A stretch of 64,000 bases of DNA from Candidatus Latescibacterota bacterium (GCA_965208835.1 OZ242358.1:1888001-1952000), one strand, 5' to 3'. Positions 1 through 9,912 are shown, numbered from the stretch's first letter. Translations and numbers: made by a program. The notes: generated by a model not told the origin, from the letters alone.

Positions 1-27
1 GGTGAGGAATTTTGGGACAGAACACTA
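1..27 (-). mobile_element. End of a family-D MITE, truncated by the window edge
   Basis: Reverse complement TAGTGTTCTGTCCCAAAATTCCTCACC matches the left end TAGTGTCCTGTCCGGGAAATCCCTCACC of the element at 47956-48120. Confidence 0.65.
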
Positions 28-243
28 TGTCCCCGTGCAGGACAGTAGGTTCCAACGTCAACCGGTACGGGTCGCGGCGTCGCCGCGTCCCGTATTTTTC
101 TGTCGGTCAATTGCACTGGAATTGCCGTTCGTTTCATACGCTGCCAGAGATTTCCGGACGTTTGCTCTTGACGAAACAGGGCAAATGCTTCAATTTATAT
201 CCGTTCCCACTCCTTTGAACCGGATTCTTGAGGCCATCTGCCC

Positions 244-1029
244 GTGCAGGTCGTTTTTTTTTCGATTTTAGGCGCCCTGGTATTGATATGGGGCGGGGTC
301 TTTGCGCTCATCCATTGGGTGAAACCGCTGTCGCAGAAGCACCTGCTGGGCTTTGCCGGCTATGTGAGCGTCGTGTCCGGCCTGATGGTCTTTCTTGTGA
401 CACAAACGGCACTCCAGCAGCAGGACGCGGCGATGAAGGACACCCGCGAACGACTGGACAGAACGGTGGAAACCTTTCGCGAGAAGCTGGACGAGCAGGG
501 CGCGAAACTGCTGGACCGGACACTGGAAAAGGTTGACCTGACCAGGTCCGAATGGGAAGTACGGGCGGACCTGAAGGAAGAGCGGTCGCGCCATGCGCGC
601 ACGAAAGCCGATCTCAAGGAGATGCGCGACCGGCTTCGGCAGACACAGGCGGTGTTGGCAGAAGAGGCAAACGCCCGCGACGCCTATTCGGACAGCCTGA
701 ATACCGAACGCGCGCTCAGCCGGGAATCCCGGACACGCCTCGCGCTGGAGGAGGCGCGCCACAGGAAGACCCTCGAGAATCTCGCCCGTACGCGCGAAAA
801 CCTGGCGGGTGTGGAGGCGCGCGCCGACCGGCAGAAGAAAGAAACGGCCCTGCTGCGCGCGACCCTTCTGCGCGCGGAGCAGCGGGCTCAGCAGGCGCTG
901 AAGAACGCGGCTGCCGCGCAGAATGAACTCATCGACGCAATGATCAGGCATGGCAGGGCGTCTGAGACCCTGCAGGCCGCGGTCGACTCCATCTACGGCA
1001 AGGTGATGAAACGCCCGCGGAATCCGTAG
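244..1029 (+). CDS. Membrane-anchored coiled-coil protein, 261 aa
   Basis: Two N-terminal hydrophobic helices followed by about 200 aa of E/R/L/A-rich heptad sequence; GTG start. Confidence 0.75.
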   Translation: MQVVFFSILGALVLIWGGVFALIHWVKPLSQKHLLGFAGYVSVVSGLMVFLVTQTALQQQDAAMKDTRERLDRTVETFREKLDEQGAKLLDRTLEKVDLTRSEWEVRADLKEERSRHARTKADLKEMRDRLRQTQAVLAEEANARDAYSDSLNTERALSRESRTRLALEEARHRKTLENLARTRENLAGVEARADRQKKETALLRATLLRAEQRAQQALKNAAAAQNELIDAMIRHGRASETLQAAVDSIYGKVMKRPRNP

Positions 1030-1109
1030 CCGGAAACCTGGCGCAACAACCATACTGGCGCATCATCGCGGTTCACCCGGCGTGTATCCGCAATTTTGGG
1101 AGGTGGCTC

Positions 1110-1976
1110 GTGAACAAACGATCCGATCCATCCGGCGACAAGAAGCGTATCGTTATCGTCGTCGGGTTTCTGGCGGCATTGCTGGTTGTTCTGTTTTTGA
1201 CGGTCTGGAAGCCGGACACCGTTCCGGAAGTCGACCCGCAGGTTGCGCAACTGGAGAGCGATATCGCGCTATATACCGGCCAGATCGATTCGTTGAACGC
1301 GCTGGTTGATGAAATGGACTCTCGGATAGACGCTATGCGCGCCCATGTAGACAGCGCGAGAGTGTCCAACCGGAAGCTCCTGACATCGCTGCACAGGGTT
1401 ACGAGCGAGATGAGGGAGTATCAGGCGCTGTATAGAAAACAACAGGCGATGAACGGGAAGCTGGTTGCGGAACTCAAACTGCTGAGGGGTGAGAAGGACC
1501 AGGCGACCGCGGCTGTCCGGACGTTGAAAATCGAAGTCGACACGCTGAACAAGCTGCTGCACGACAAGACAACCCGGCTGATCAGGTTGGAGTCCAGCCT
1601 GAAGGAAGCCGTCGCGCAGGCGCAGACCATGCAGGAAACCGCAACCTCCGTGCTGGTCTACGTTGGAACGGAAGCCAGGCTGAAAGAGGCCGGGTATCTG
1701 AAGACGTCGCGGGGCATTACAATCAGGAAGAATTACAAGCTCGTGGGTTTTCCCGACGTTACGGATGAGCGGAACCTGGATTCGATCAAGAGGGTGCCGG
1801 TTGGCGAGACCATCGCGGTACCGGGCGAACTGGCGGCGCTTTGCGATCGGCACGGCAAGCTGAGCAAACGAAAGGAATACCGGGCCAGCAAGGGGCCCGC
1901 GGGGCAGACGATGGTCACCTTCTGGGACTCAACGCTGATGGGTCAGCGCGTGCTGGCGGTGATTAAGGAGAAGTAG
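1110..1976 (+). CDS. Single-TM coiled-coil protein with C-terminal globular domain, 288 aa
   Basis: GGAGG RBS; TM IVIVVGFLAALLVVLFLTVW; long coiled coil; C-terminal YVGTEARLKEAGYL motif reminiscent of Bacteroidetes Cbp1-like coiled-coil proteins. Confidence 0.75.
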   Translation: MNKRSDPSGDKKRIVIVVGFLAALLVVLFLTVWKPDTVPEVDPQVAQLESDIALYTGQIDSLNALVDEMDSRIDAMRAHVDSARVSNRKLLTSLHRVTSEMREYQALYRKQQAMNGKLVAELKLLRGEKDQATAAVRTLKIEVDTLNKLLHDKTTRLIRLESSLKEAVAQAQTMQETATSVLVYVGTEARLKEAGYLKTSRGITIRKNYKLVGFPDVTDERNLDSIKRVPVGETIAVPGELAALCDRHGKLSKRKEYRASKGPAGQTMVTFWDSTLMGQRVLAVIKEK

Positions 1977-2002
1977 ACTCAGCAAATAAAGATCCTTCAA
2001 GG

Positions 2003-2034
2003 CCGGCCGTCCTTTGAGGCGGCCGGATTTTTTT
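2003..2034 (+). terminator. Rho-independent terminator
   Basis: Hairpin CCGGCCGTC-ctttga-GGCGGCCGG followed by a T7 tract, just after the 1976 stop. Confidence 0.8.
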
Positions 2035-2166
2035 GTACTCGAATCCTCCAATGTCGCCGCTGTGCCGGCTTCGGCGCCGTGCCGCGGATTGCCAATTCGC
2101 GGTACCAGATCACGCGGCCACGTTGCCCGTTTAGGGGCGTCCCTTGTGGGCGCCCGCGCCAAGAGA

Positions 2167-2589
2167 TTACCACATATGGACAAACACGGCGGGTCGGACT
2201 TTCTTGCCCGTCGGGGCAGTGGAGAGGAGAGAATCTGCGTAGGCGGCGTGTCTAACCATGAAGTCCCGGCTGCCGCCGCGGAGGAAGAGGTGGAGATTGC
2301 GGTCGGGCTGGGCGATAAGCCCGGCGGTGAGGCGTTCGAATTCCCCCGTCTGCAGGAGACGGTCTACGGATTTCCCGTCGCTCGAAAGCCCGGCGCCCTT
2401 TGCCGTGTAGATGAGGACCAGGTCCTCGGACCGTGGGTCGTGGTGATGCACCCGCCAGACCGGTTGCGCGACGTTCAGGATCATAATGCCCAGCGTGAGC
2501 ATGAGCATCATGATTCCAAGGAACAGTTCCTTGCTGACGTCGTGTTCTTCCGCCTGCGTGGCGGCGCGCTGCATGAATCGGCTTCTCAA
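2167..2589 (-). CDS. Small single-TM protein, ExbD/TolR/MotB-like partner
   Basis: One TM with acidic residues at its start (DVSKELFLGIMMLMLTLGIMIL); 4-bp overlap with the MotA/ExbB-like gene. Confidence 0.6.
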   Translation of the reverse strand: MRSRFMQRAATQAEEHDVSKELFLGIMMLMLTLGIMILNVAQPVWRVHHHDPRSEDLVLIYTAKGAGLSSDGKSVDRLLQTGEFERLTAGLIAQPDRNLHLFLRGGSRDFMVRHAAYADSLLSTAPTGKKVRPAVFVHMW

Positions 2590-3383
2590 CTTGATTCGCT
2601 CCCCGGGTCATCTCTCATTGCCAGCCACGCCCGTTCGAGGGCGCCGACCCGTCCAATCAGAATGTCGATGCACTTTCTCAACGGCAGGTAGGCCAGCAGG
2701 GCAATCAGCGTGGTCTTGAAGGCCAGCGTCAATCCATCGGCCATATCGCGGAGCACTTTGAACGTCTCGGTGGCTTCGTCCAGCCGGCTGAGTTCCTGCG
2801 CCATGAGCAGGATGCCGCAGACCGTGCCGAGATAGCCGTAGAAGGGTATACGGCTCAGGGCGCGATGGCCGGACAGCAGCCGCTCGCCGATAACCCCGAT
2901 CAGATCTGTGATCAGTTCGTCGTCCCTGGCCTTCAGATCCGTGAATGAGTCCGATTCGGTCCTGAGGTCTCTCAGACCGGCCTGCCTGCACGCAAGCAGG
3001 GTTAGTGCCTCTGAGGCGGATGGCGTGGAACCCAGGGCCTCCTCTTCGACGCGAATCCGCCTCCATGCGTGGACAATGACGGAAAGGTGCGCGGTCGAGG
3101 CGGCCAGGATGAGCGCGTATGCAGAGCGGCCCACCCATTCGATCCAGCTTTCCGGCAGGGCAACGTAAAGGTAGTAGTAAATGCCCAATGCGGCGACGCC
3201 GAACCCCGCAAACCCGCCCAAAACGCCGCTCGTGAGCCTCGCGTGGTTCGCCGGCAGCCCGTACCGCAACTCTTCGCGGCAGATTGAGACGATCTCCTGG
3301 ATCAGTGTAAGCGCGCCTGCCATGGCGCACGCGGAGGCGAAGACAACCACAATCAGAATCTCAAACCAGGCTAGATGCGCCAC
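2586..3383 (-). CDS. MotA/TolQ/ExbB proton-channel family protein
   Basis: Motifs IPFYGYLGTVCGI and GLTLAFKTTLIAL match the PxxGLLGTVxG and GxxxAlxTTxxG helices; three additional N-terminal TMs. Confidence 0.8.
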   Translation of the reverse strand: MAHLAWFEILIVVVFASACAMAGALTLIQEIVSICREELRYGLPANHARLTSGVLGGFAGFGVAALGIYYYLYVALPESWIEWVGRSAYALILAASTAHLSVIVHAWRRIRVEEEALGSTPSASEALTLLACRQAGLRDLRTESDSFTDLKARDDELITDLIGVIGERLLSGHRALSRIPFYGYLGTVCGILLMAQELSRLDEATETFKVLRDMADGLTLAFKTTLIALLAYLPLRKCIDILIGRVGALERAWLAMRDDPGSESS

Positions 3384-3407
3384 GACCCGTCCTCCCGTTA
3401 ATAGCGG

Positions 3408-4655
3408 TCAGATTCGCAATCCATCCGTTCCTTTCGAAACGATGTACCAGATATAGGCGGCGAGGATGATGCTGGGAAAAAGCAGCCCCGCACGCGACCC
3501 GCGCCCGCTGCTCCCCCCGAATCCTCCGCGTCTGCCGGATTCGGCTGCCGCGGATCTGCCTTCCCTGCCGCTCCTTTGAGAAACTTCCTGTTCACCGGTT
3601 GACCGTTCGTTGGGCGGGCGGTAGGCGTCCCTGCGGTCTCCGTGTTCCTTACCGGTCGCCGCCCGTCTCGCGGCCGAAATCGCGGCGTCTTCACCCTTAA
3701 GTGCGCGTTTTTCCGGGTAGACGAGGCGCTTTTCCGCCTCGGCCAGCTTTTCCGCCCACGATTCGACTTCCTTTGCGAAGGTGAGTGACGCCTCTTCCTT
3801 GAGCGGTCCTGCCTTGCCCAGGGTGAAGCTGACCTCCGGATTCCGATGGCCCGTATATGCGGTATGAAAGTCGGGATCCGTGGTTTCCAGTAGCTGGCGC
3901 TTGATGCGGGCGCGTGTTTCCTGCAGGGAAATCAGATTCTGCAGAAAGCCATGGTAATCCATGCGTTTCTGCCGCGTCTTTGGCGCTTGCGCACGCGACG
4001 GCTTCGACAGGGCCGCTTCGATTTCCCGGCGATCGAAACGCTTCATGAATTCCGCCTGGCCGAAGAGGCGGGTTTGCCAGATGACCCGCGCGGAGGGGAT
4101 ATCCGGCACGGGATGCGCATAGGTGATTTCGAGGGCCTGGCCGTCAGTCGTGCGCCACGAATCGTCGGAGACGAGAATGGGGCGCAGCGCGCCGCCTGCG
4201 TCCTTCAGGTAAAGGCCGAACAGGAATCCGCTTTCCACGTGATCGGTGTCCCAGCATCGGACGCGGATCTGATTCCTGCCTTTCAGATAAAGATGGGGGA
4301 TTTCAATCTCTACAGGTGTGAGGCGGGTTTCACCGACCAGGAAGTCGTTAATCCACACGCGGGCCTCGTCATCGGCCCAGAAGATGCACACAACCGAGGT
4401 TCCTTTCGGAAGGCGCAGGACATCGGTTGACCCGGGCAGGCGTTTCTTGTCGATGACTGTCGGGTCCGCCGCGCTCATCACGCGAATCAGGCTGTCGATC
4501 CGGGCAGAGACCGCGTTGAACTCCTGGCGAATGGATAGCGGACCGCGGGGGGTTGGGGCGGTCGGGTCATCCGCGCTGCCCGATACGTCTGGTGTAACCC
4601 ACTGGAAGGCTGCCAGTGTGAACACCGCCAGAATGCGAGTACGAGACCGGTGCAT
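3408..4655 (-). CDS. Secreted protein with beta-sandwich (lectin-like) domain and C-terminal membrane anchor
   Basis: ATG at 4655 with GAGGAG RBS; signal peptide; ADDEARVWIND and VSDDSWRT motifs; Gly-rich linker then C-terminal TM. Confidence 0.65.
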   Translation of the reverse strand: MHRSRTRILAVFTLAAFQWVTPDVSGSADDPTAPTPRGPLSIRQEFNAVSARIDSLIRVMSAADPTVIDKKRLPGSTDVLRLPKGTSVVCIFWADDEARVWINDFLVGETRLTPVEIEIPHLYLKGRNQIRVRCWDTDHVESGFLFGLYLKDAGGALRPILVSDDSWRTTDGQALEITYAHPVPDIPSARVIWQTRLFGQAEFMKRFDRREIEAALSKPSRAQAPKTRQKRMDYHGFLQNLISLQETRARIKRQLLETTDPDFHTAYTGHRNPEVSFTLGKAGPLKEEASLTFAKEVESWAEKLAEAEKRLVYPEKRALKGEDAAISAARRAATGKEHGDRRDAYRPPNERSTGEQEVSQRSGREGRSAAAESGRRGGFGGSSGRGSRAGLLFPSIILAAYIWYIVSKGTDGLRI

Positions 4656-4714
4656 CGGGGTGGTCTCCTCAGTGCAGGGAGTCCGTTGATCGGCGTTTTC
4701 CGGTGCTTCAACTG

Positions 4715-5839
4715 CTAAAAGTCCGCGAAGGACCCGTCTTCCTCCGAGCGCCACATGCCGCGGAAGCGAAAGCGTTCGTCCCGCATGGCATCGAGGGCGT
4801 CGTCGTCAATCTCGAATCCGAGACCCGGCCGCGTGGGAAGTTCGATGAATCCGCCATTGAACGTGAGCGGCGGCGTCAGAAGACCGTCGCCCCGAGTGGT
4901 GCCGCCCTCGCAGATGAGAAAATTGGGGACCGTGGCCATGGTATGGACGGACGCTGCGACACCGATGGGACCGGCCGCGTTGTGTGGCGCCAGGGCAATG
5001 TCTCTGATTTCCGCCAGTGTGGCGATCTTCTTCATTTCCGAAATGCCTCCCACGTGCCGGATATCCGGCTGCAGAACGGCGCAGGCCTGCTTTTCCACGA
5101 TGTCCCAGAAACTCCAGCGGGTGAGGTGGCGCTCGCCGGTCGCGATGGGGGTGGCGGTCGAGCGGAAAAGGTTCAGCAGGGCGTCGTTGTTCTCGGGATG
5201 GCAGGGTTCTTCCGCGAACAGCAGATGATAGGGTTCGAGCGCCTTGACCGTGATGACGGCCATCTGCGGGCTGAGCCGGCGGTGCAGGTCGACCGCGATG
5301 TCGACGTCGTCGCCCACGGCTTCCCGGACGGCGGCCACCCGGGCGACCATTTCGTCGACCGCTCTCGCCGTATCCACGAAACGGACGGGCCTGACGGTGC
5401 CGCCCATCTTGATGGCCGTGAACCCGTCGGCGACCCGCTTGCGCGCCGCTTCCGCACAGGATTCCGGCGTGTCCCCTCCGGCGTGGGCGTAGACCCGGAC
5501 CCGGTCCCGAACCGAGCCCCCGAGAAGCTTCCACACGGGAACGCCCAGGACTTTGCCCATGATGTCCCACATCGCCATATCCACGCCGCTGAGCGCACCA
5601 ATGATGATTGGCATGCTGCGGCTGTACGTGGAGCGAAAAAAAGTCTGCCAGTGGTCTTCGATCTGGAGCGGATCCTTGCCGATGAGGTATTCGGCCAGGT
5701 CGTCAATGGCGCGCGCGACGATTCGCCAGTGCGTATAGTCCAGGGGTTCGCCATAGCCGACGACGCCCTCGTCAGTGTGCATTTTCAGCACGAGGAACCG
5801 CTGTGCAACAGGGATGCATTCAAGGCGCGTGATTTTCAT
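4715..5839 (-). CDS. dgoD: Galactonate dehydratase-like enolase superfamily protein
   Basis: LKMHTDEGVVGYGEP, SGVDMAMWDIMGK, DLHRR, EEP, TGER, QPD and APHN motifs; exact substrate uncertain. Confidence 0.75.
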   Translation of the reverse strand: MKITRLECIPVAQRFLVLKMHTDEGVVGYGEPLDYTHWRIVARAIDDLAEYLIGKDPLQIEDHWQTFFRSTYSRSMPIIIGALSGVDMAMWDIMGKVLGVPVWKLLGGSVRDRVRVYAHAGGDTPESCAEAARKRVADGFTAIKMGGTVRPVRFVDTARAVDEMVARVAAVREAVGDDVDIAVDLHRRLSPQMAVITVKALEPYHLLFAEEPCHPENNDALLNLFRSTATPIATGERHLTRWSFWDIVEKQACAVLQPDIRHVGGISEMKKIATLAEIRDIALAPHNAAGPIGVAASVHTMATVPNFLICEGGTTRGDGLLTPPLTFNGGFIELPTRPGLGFEIDDDALDAMRDERFRFRGMWRSEEDGSFADF

Positions 5840-5954
5840 CGGGATTGACCTCTAAACAGATTCCAACGCAGGGACTATCGGGTGCAGGCGTCCGTGCCCG
5901 AGTTACGGGTGAGCGATTCTCCCGTCCGCGGAAGCCGTGCCGAAACCGGGCGGT

Positions 5955-6824
5955 TCAACGACGGTTTTCTCCACTCCCGGATGAAGTCCGGCCGGCGGAT
6001 GCAATAACGGGTGCGATCTTGTCCGCAAAACGGATCAGGCTGTTGTCGTCCGGTTCGTAGCCGATGAGCTTGCGGGCGTTGGCGATGCTCCAGAAATTGT
6101 GGCTGTTTCCGCTGATGCCGTAGAAGATCTGAAAAGGGATGCCGTTTTCGTCTTCGATGTTTTCGGTTTCGATGCTCTTGACGAAAAGCTGGGTCTGGTC
6201 CCGTGCGCTCAGGTAGGCCCCGAGGCTGCGGTGCATGGCTGCCGGGTTTTCAGGCCTGAGGTTGTCGGCGACGTTTTCGCGAGGCCCGCCGATGCGCAGC
6301 TGGATATTCTGAAGCTTTCTTCCGTTTCCGACCCTGCCCGCGGCATAGGCGAACCCCAGCAGTTCGTACGCGGCCTTCGCCCAGCCGTAGAAGTTGTCGG
6401 ATAGCGGGCGCATTTCCGGTGTCACGAATTCCATGCGTCCGGACCAGATGAGCGTCTCGTAGAAGTCGGTGGCATGGTTGGAACTGATGACGATCACCCT
6501 GCGGACATTTTCTTCGAGGCAAGTCTGGTAGATGTTGTAGGCCATGGTGATATTGTCGGATTCCGCCCAGAACTGGTCTTCAGGTGCGTTCGCACGGGTG
6601 AAGCCGCAATGAATCACGGCGTCCGTGTCCGCGAAATGTCGCCGATACGCATTCCGGTCCCTGTTGAGAAGGTCGGTCTGGACGATACCCTCCACCTCGT
6701 TGCCGTTTCTGTCCGTCGTGCGGACGTCCAGAAGGCCCAGGTTGTAGCGCTCTCTGAGGGCAGGCAGACTCCGTCCGGCGATATACCCGGCCGCGCCGGT
6801 GATGACAACCCTGCGTTTCGCCAT
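5955..6824 (-). CDS. NAD(P)-dependent epimerase/dehydrogenase (uronate dehydrogenase-like SDR)
   Basis: VVITGAAGYIA Rossmann motif, SSNHA, YGWAK (YxxxK); start reassigned to ATG 6824. Confidence 0.85.
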   Translation of the reverse strand: MAKRRVVITGAAGYIAGRSLPALRERYNLGLLDVRTTDRNGNEVEGIVQTDLLNRDRNAYRRHFADTDAVIHCGFTRANAPEDQFWAESDNITMAYNIYQTCLEENVRRVIVISSNHATDFYETLIWSGRMEFVTPEMRPLSDNFYGWAKAAYELLGFAYAAGRVGNGRKLQNIQLRIGGPRENVADNLRPENPAAMHRSLGAYLSARDQTQLFVKSIETENIEDENGIPFQIFYGISGNSHNFWSIANARKLIGYEPDDNSLIRFADKIAPVIASAGRTSSGSGENRR

Positions 6825-6835
6825 CGTAATTCTCG

Positions 6836-7597
6836 CTATGGCATTGGAAATGGTGCGGGGATGCGGGGATGATGCGTATATCGGTTCTCGCCGCGCATCA
6901 GAATGGGTCGCCAGTCCTGGCCGATCGAGTTGGATTCGACCTGTCTGGCTTCGGGCGGGATAAAGCGGACGGTAAGACCGCAACGCCGCCTGTTCGAGGT
7001 ATTGGGCATGCTCGCGTGGAAAAGCTGGCCGTGATGGACCGACATCTGGCCGGCGCTGAGTTCCAGGTCGATCGCACGGCTGGTGTCGACGAGTTCGTCC
7101 GGGATTTCCTGGTTGATGCTCAACAGATTCCCCTCCCGTTCCGACGTGCCGTGGGTGACGATCCCGCTCTCGTGGGAGCCCGGGATGACGCGCATGCAGC
7201 CGTTTTCAACGTCGCTGTCGTCGATGGCGATCCAGGCCGTATGCGCCAGCGGCGGCTTTAGACCCCAGTAGGTGACGTCCTGGTGCCACGCCACAAAGTG
7301 TTCTTCGTCCCCGGCAGGGTATTTGCAGAAAAAGTGCGTGGCCAGCAGAAGGATATCTTCACCCATGGCCTTTTCCATGACGTCCAGAAGGCGCGCGTCG
7401 GTGGCCAGCCGCCAGATGAATTCCTCGTCGAAGTGCCGGGACTGCAGGCCCACCTGGCAGACGTCTCTGCCCTCTCTGGCTTCGAGTTCGTCGAACTGTG
7501 ACCTGAATGCGCTGATCTCGGATTCGGAGAATACGTCGATTCGAGGCATTACGCCATTGACTTCGTAGGTTTCGCTCAGGTTTTCGACGGCGGGCAT
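6836..7597 (-). CDS. Phytanoyl-CoA dioxygenase (PhyH) family Fe/2OG enzyme
   Basis: WHQD, NGCMRVIPGSH, distal His in LFHAS, NRRR motif. Confidence 0.9.
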   Translation of the reverse strand: MPAVENLSETYEVNGVMPRIDVFSESEISAFRSQFDELEAREGRDVCQVGLQSRHFDEEFIWRLATDARLLDVMEKAMGEDILLLATHFFCKYPAGDEEHFVAWHQDVTYWGLKPPLAHTAWIAIDDSDVENGCMRVIPGSHESGIVTHGTSEREGNLLSINQEIPDELVDTSRAIDLELSAGQMSVHHGQLFHASMPNTSNRRRCGLTVRFIPPEARQVESNSIGQDWRPILMRGENRYTHHPRIPAPFPMP

Positions 7598-7822
7598 TGC
7601 GGCATCTCCGGTTCAAGACCGTCTTCAGGTCCAATGCAGGTCGCGGATAATCTACGGTGAACGCAGTGCCGGTGCAACCCGTTTCTGGTGCCGGCAGTGG
7701 ATCCCCCGCATGGGGATTGACAGGCCGAATCAGGCTGGGTATCATGCGAGACCGGGAACCATCTTCCACGCGCGAATGTCCCGGTTTGGATTGCGCCCGA
7801 ATTCGATGATCGGAGAGTTGAA

Positions 7823-8935
7823 ATGAAAATCACGCGTGTAACCGCAATGGTGCTGAGGCTGCCCCACGTCACCGATGCCTGCGACGGTACGCAGGATACC
7901 TGTCTGATCAAGGTCGAAACCGACGCCGGACTCACGGGTTGGGGAGAGGTGGATTCCTGTCCGACCGCGGTTAAGGCCGTCGTGGATGCGCCGCTGTCGC
8001 ACCAGATCTGCAACGGACTGGCAAACGCCCTTGACCATGAGGACCCGCTGGCGGTGGAAGCGTGTATGCAGCGAATGACGGACGCGGCGAACTACTATGG
8101 CGGTGACGGCGTGGGGCTGCACGCCATGGCGGGCGTCAATCAGGCGCTCTGGGATATCGCGGGCAGGGCCCGCGACGTGCCGGTCTACCGGCTTCTGGGC
8201 GGGCCATTCAGGAAGCGTTTCCGGGCGTATTGTTCGATTCTGTTCGGTGATTCACCGGCACAGACCGGAGAACTCGGACGGATGTTTGCTGGAGAGGGCT
8301 TTACGGCGGTCAAGTTCGGCTGGGGGCCGATGGGGGAGGACGAGGAGACCGATATCGCACTGGTACGGGAGGCGCGTCGAGGCGTCGGAGACGGGGTGGA
8401 CGTGCTGATCGACGCGGGACAGGTCTGGGACTGGAAGACAGCACTGAAGCGGGCTCGCCAGTTCGCTGAGTTCCGTCCGTTCTGGCTCGAGGAACCCCTG
8501 CATCCGTCCGACCTGCGCGGTTACGCTAAGCTGGCGGCGGAAAGCCCCGTACCCATAGCGGCGGGTGAAGCGGAGGCGAGGTTGGACGCATTCGAGCGAC
8601 TGGTGGCGGAAGCCGGGCTGGACTGGGTACAGCCTGACCCGGGACGGTGCGGTATTTCGACCATGGTGGAGGTTGGAAGGATGGCGCACCGCTGCCATGC
8701 AAGGGTCGTGAACCACAGTTTCAAGAGCGGGATAACAATCGCCGCGTCGCTTCACGCGCTCGCCGCGGTACCCGGCGGGGAGATGTTCGAGTATTGCATG
8801 TCGGAATCCCCGCTGCGCCACGAACTGACGCACGAACGCTTCGAAGTCGTCGACGGGCACGTGGCGGTGCCGGAGGGCCCCGGCCTTGGCGTGACGGTCA
8901 ACGAAGAGACGCTGGAGAAGTACCGGGTGGCATAG
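7823..8935 (+). CDS. Mandelate racemase/muconate lactonizing enzyme family protein
   Basis: TDAGLTGWGE, ALWDIAG, AVKFGWG, WLEEP, AAGE, QPD, PEGPGLG motifs. Confidence 0.9.
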   Translation: MKITRVTAMVLRLPHVTDACDGTQDTCLIKVETDAGLTGWGEVDSCPTAVKAVVDAPLSHQICNGLANALDHEDPLAVEACMQRMTDAANYYGGDGVGLHAMAGVNQALWDIAGRARDVPVYRLLGGPFRKRFRAYCSILFGDSPAQTGELGRMFAGEGFTAVKFGWGPMGEDEETDIALVREARRGVGDGVDVLIDAGQVWDWKTALKRARQFAEFRPFWLEEPLHPSDLRGYAKLAAESPVPIAAGEAEARLDAFERLVAEAGLDWVQPDPGRCGISTMVEVGRMAHRCHARVVNHSFKSGITIAASLHALAAVPGGEMFEYCMSESPLRHELTHERFEVVDGHVAVPEGPGLGVTVNEETLEKYRVA

Positions 8936-8946
8936 GAAATTTCGCC

Positions 8947-9843
8947 TTACCCGCTGGCGTCAACCCGGTTGTCGTCTCTAAGTTCCCTGACGAAGGCCGG
9001 ACTCATGGCGCCCTGTGCGACCTCCGCGACCGGTCCCTTCATGGTAAGGTGGAAACGTGGGTCCACGGCGACGTGGAGGGCGCCTCCCGGTGCGTTGACG
9101 GTTACCGGAGAAGTCACCAGCCCCATCCGGACGGCCGCGCTCGCCGCCGCGCAGGATGAGGACCCGGACGCCTGCGTCTCGCCGGCGCCGCGTTCCCAGA
9201 TGAGAATGAAGATCTCCTTAGGACCCGTGGGTACGGCCAGCTGCACGTTGATGCGATTGGGAAAGAGTTCGTGATACTCCAGGAGGGGGCCGAGTTCGAG
9301 CAGGTCGTCCCGCGACCAGGCCTCGTGTTGGGGTTTGAAGATGACGCAGTGCGGGTTTCCCACGCTCACGCCAGTGAACTTCAGTTCGCGCCCGGCGGCG
9401 GTTATCGGCCGATCGATAAGCTCGCCTCCCGGCAACGTGCATGGCAGCGCGCCGGGATTGAAGTCGGCCTGTCCCATCTCGACGGTCGCGAGGCTGGCAT
9501 CGCCGTGACGGTCCAGGTGCACCTGGATTTCAACGCGGCCGCCAATCGTGTCCACCGTGAAGTTACGCTTGCGCGTCCGGCGGGTGGCGTGGAGGAAGCG
9601 GGCGAAAATACGCAGGCCGTTGCCCGACTTTTCGGCCTCGCTTCCGTCGGGATTCAGGATGCGCAGGCCGAAGTCGGCTCCGTTTGCGGGTTCCAGGGTG
9701 AGGATGCCATCGCTGCCGATGCCGCGGTTGCGATCACAGATGGTGCGAATGTTCTCGGGCGTGAGTTCAAATTCCAGTTCGGCCGGATCCATGACGATGT
9801 AGTCGTTTCCGAGACCGTGGCCCTTATAGAAACCGTTTTTCAC
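8947..9843 (-). CDS. dapF: Diaminopimelate epimerase, Ser/Ser active-site variant
   Basis: KGHGLGNDY, GIGSDG, NPDGSEAEKSGNGLR, GNPHCV, ERGAGETQASGSS; GTG start at 9843 with GGAGG RBS. Confidence 0.88.
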   Translation of the reverse strand: MKNGFYKGHGLGNDYIVMDPAELEFELTPENIRTICDRNRGIGSDGILTLEPANGADFGLRILNPDGSEAEKSGNGLRIFARFLHATRRTRKRNFTVDTIGGRVEIQVHLDRHGDASLATVEMGQADFNPGALPCTLPGGELIDRPITAAGRELKFTGVSVGNPHCVIFKPQHEAWSRDDLLELGPLLEYHELFPNRINVQLAVPTGPKEIFILIWERGAGETQASGSSSCAAASAAVRMGLVTSPVTVNAPGGALHVAVDPRFHLTMKGPVAEVAQGAMSPAFVRELRDDNRVDASG

Positions 9844-9912
9844 AAATCCTCCGGGTAACGACAGGCGGGCGTTGGGTGCGGTAAGCCGGCATTTTCCGGA
9901 TGCGGCGGCCCG

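Noticed and set aside
2167-3383. Zorya (ZorAB) anti-phage system
   Set aside because: No long ZorA cytoplasmic tail, no OmpA-like domain on the small subunit, and no zorC/D/E genes nearby
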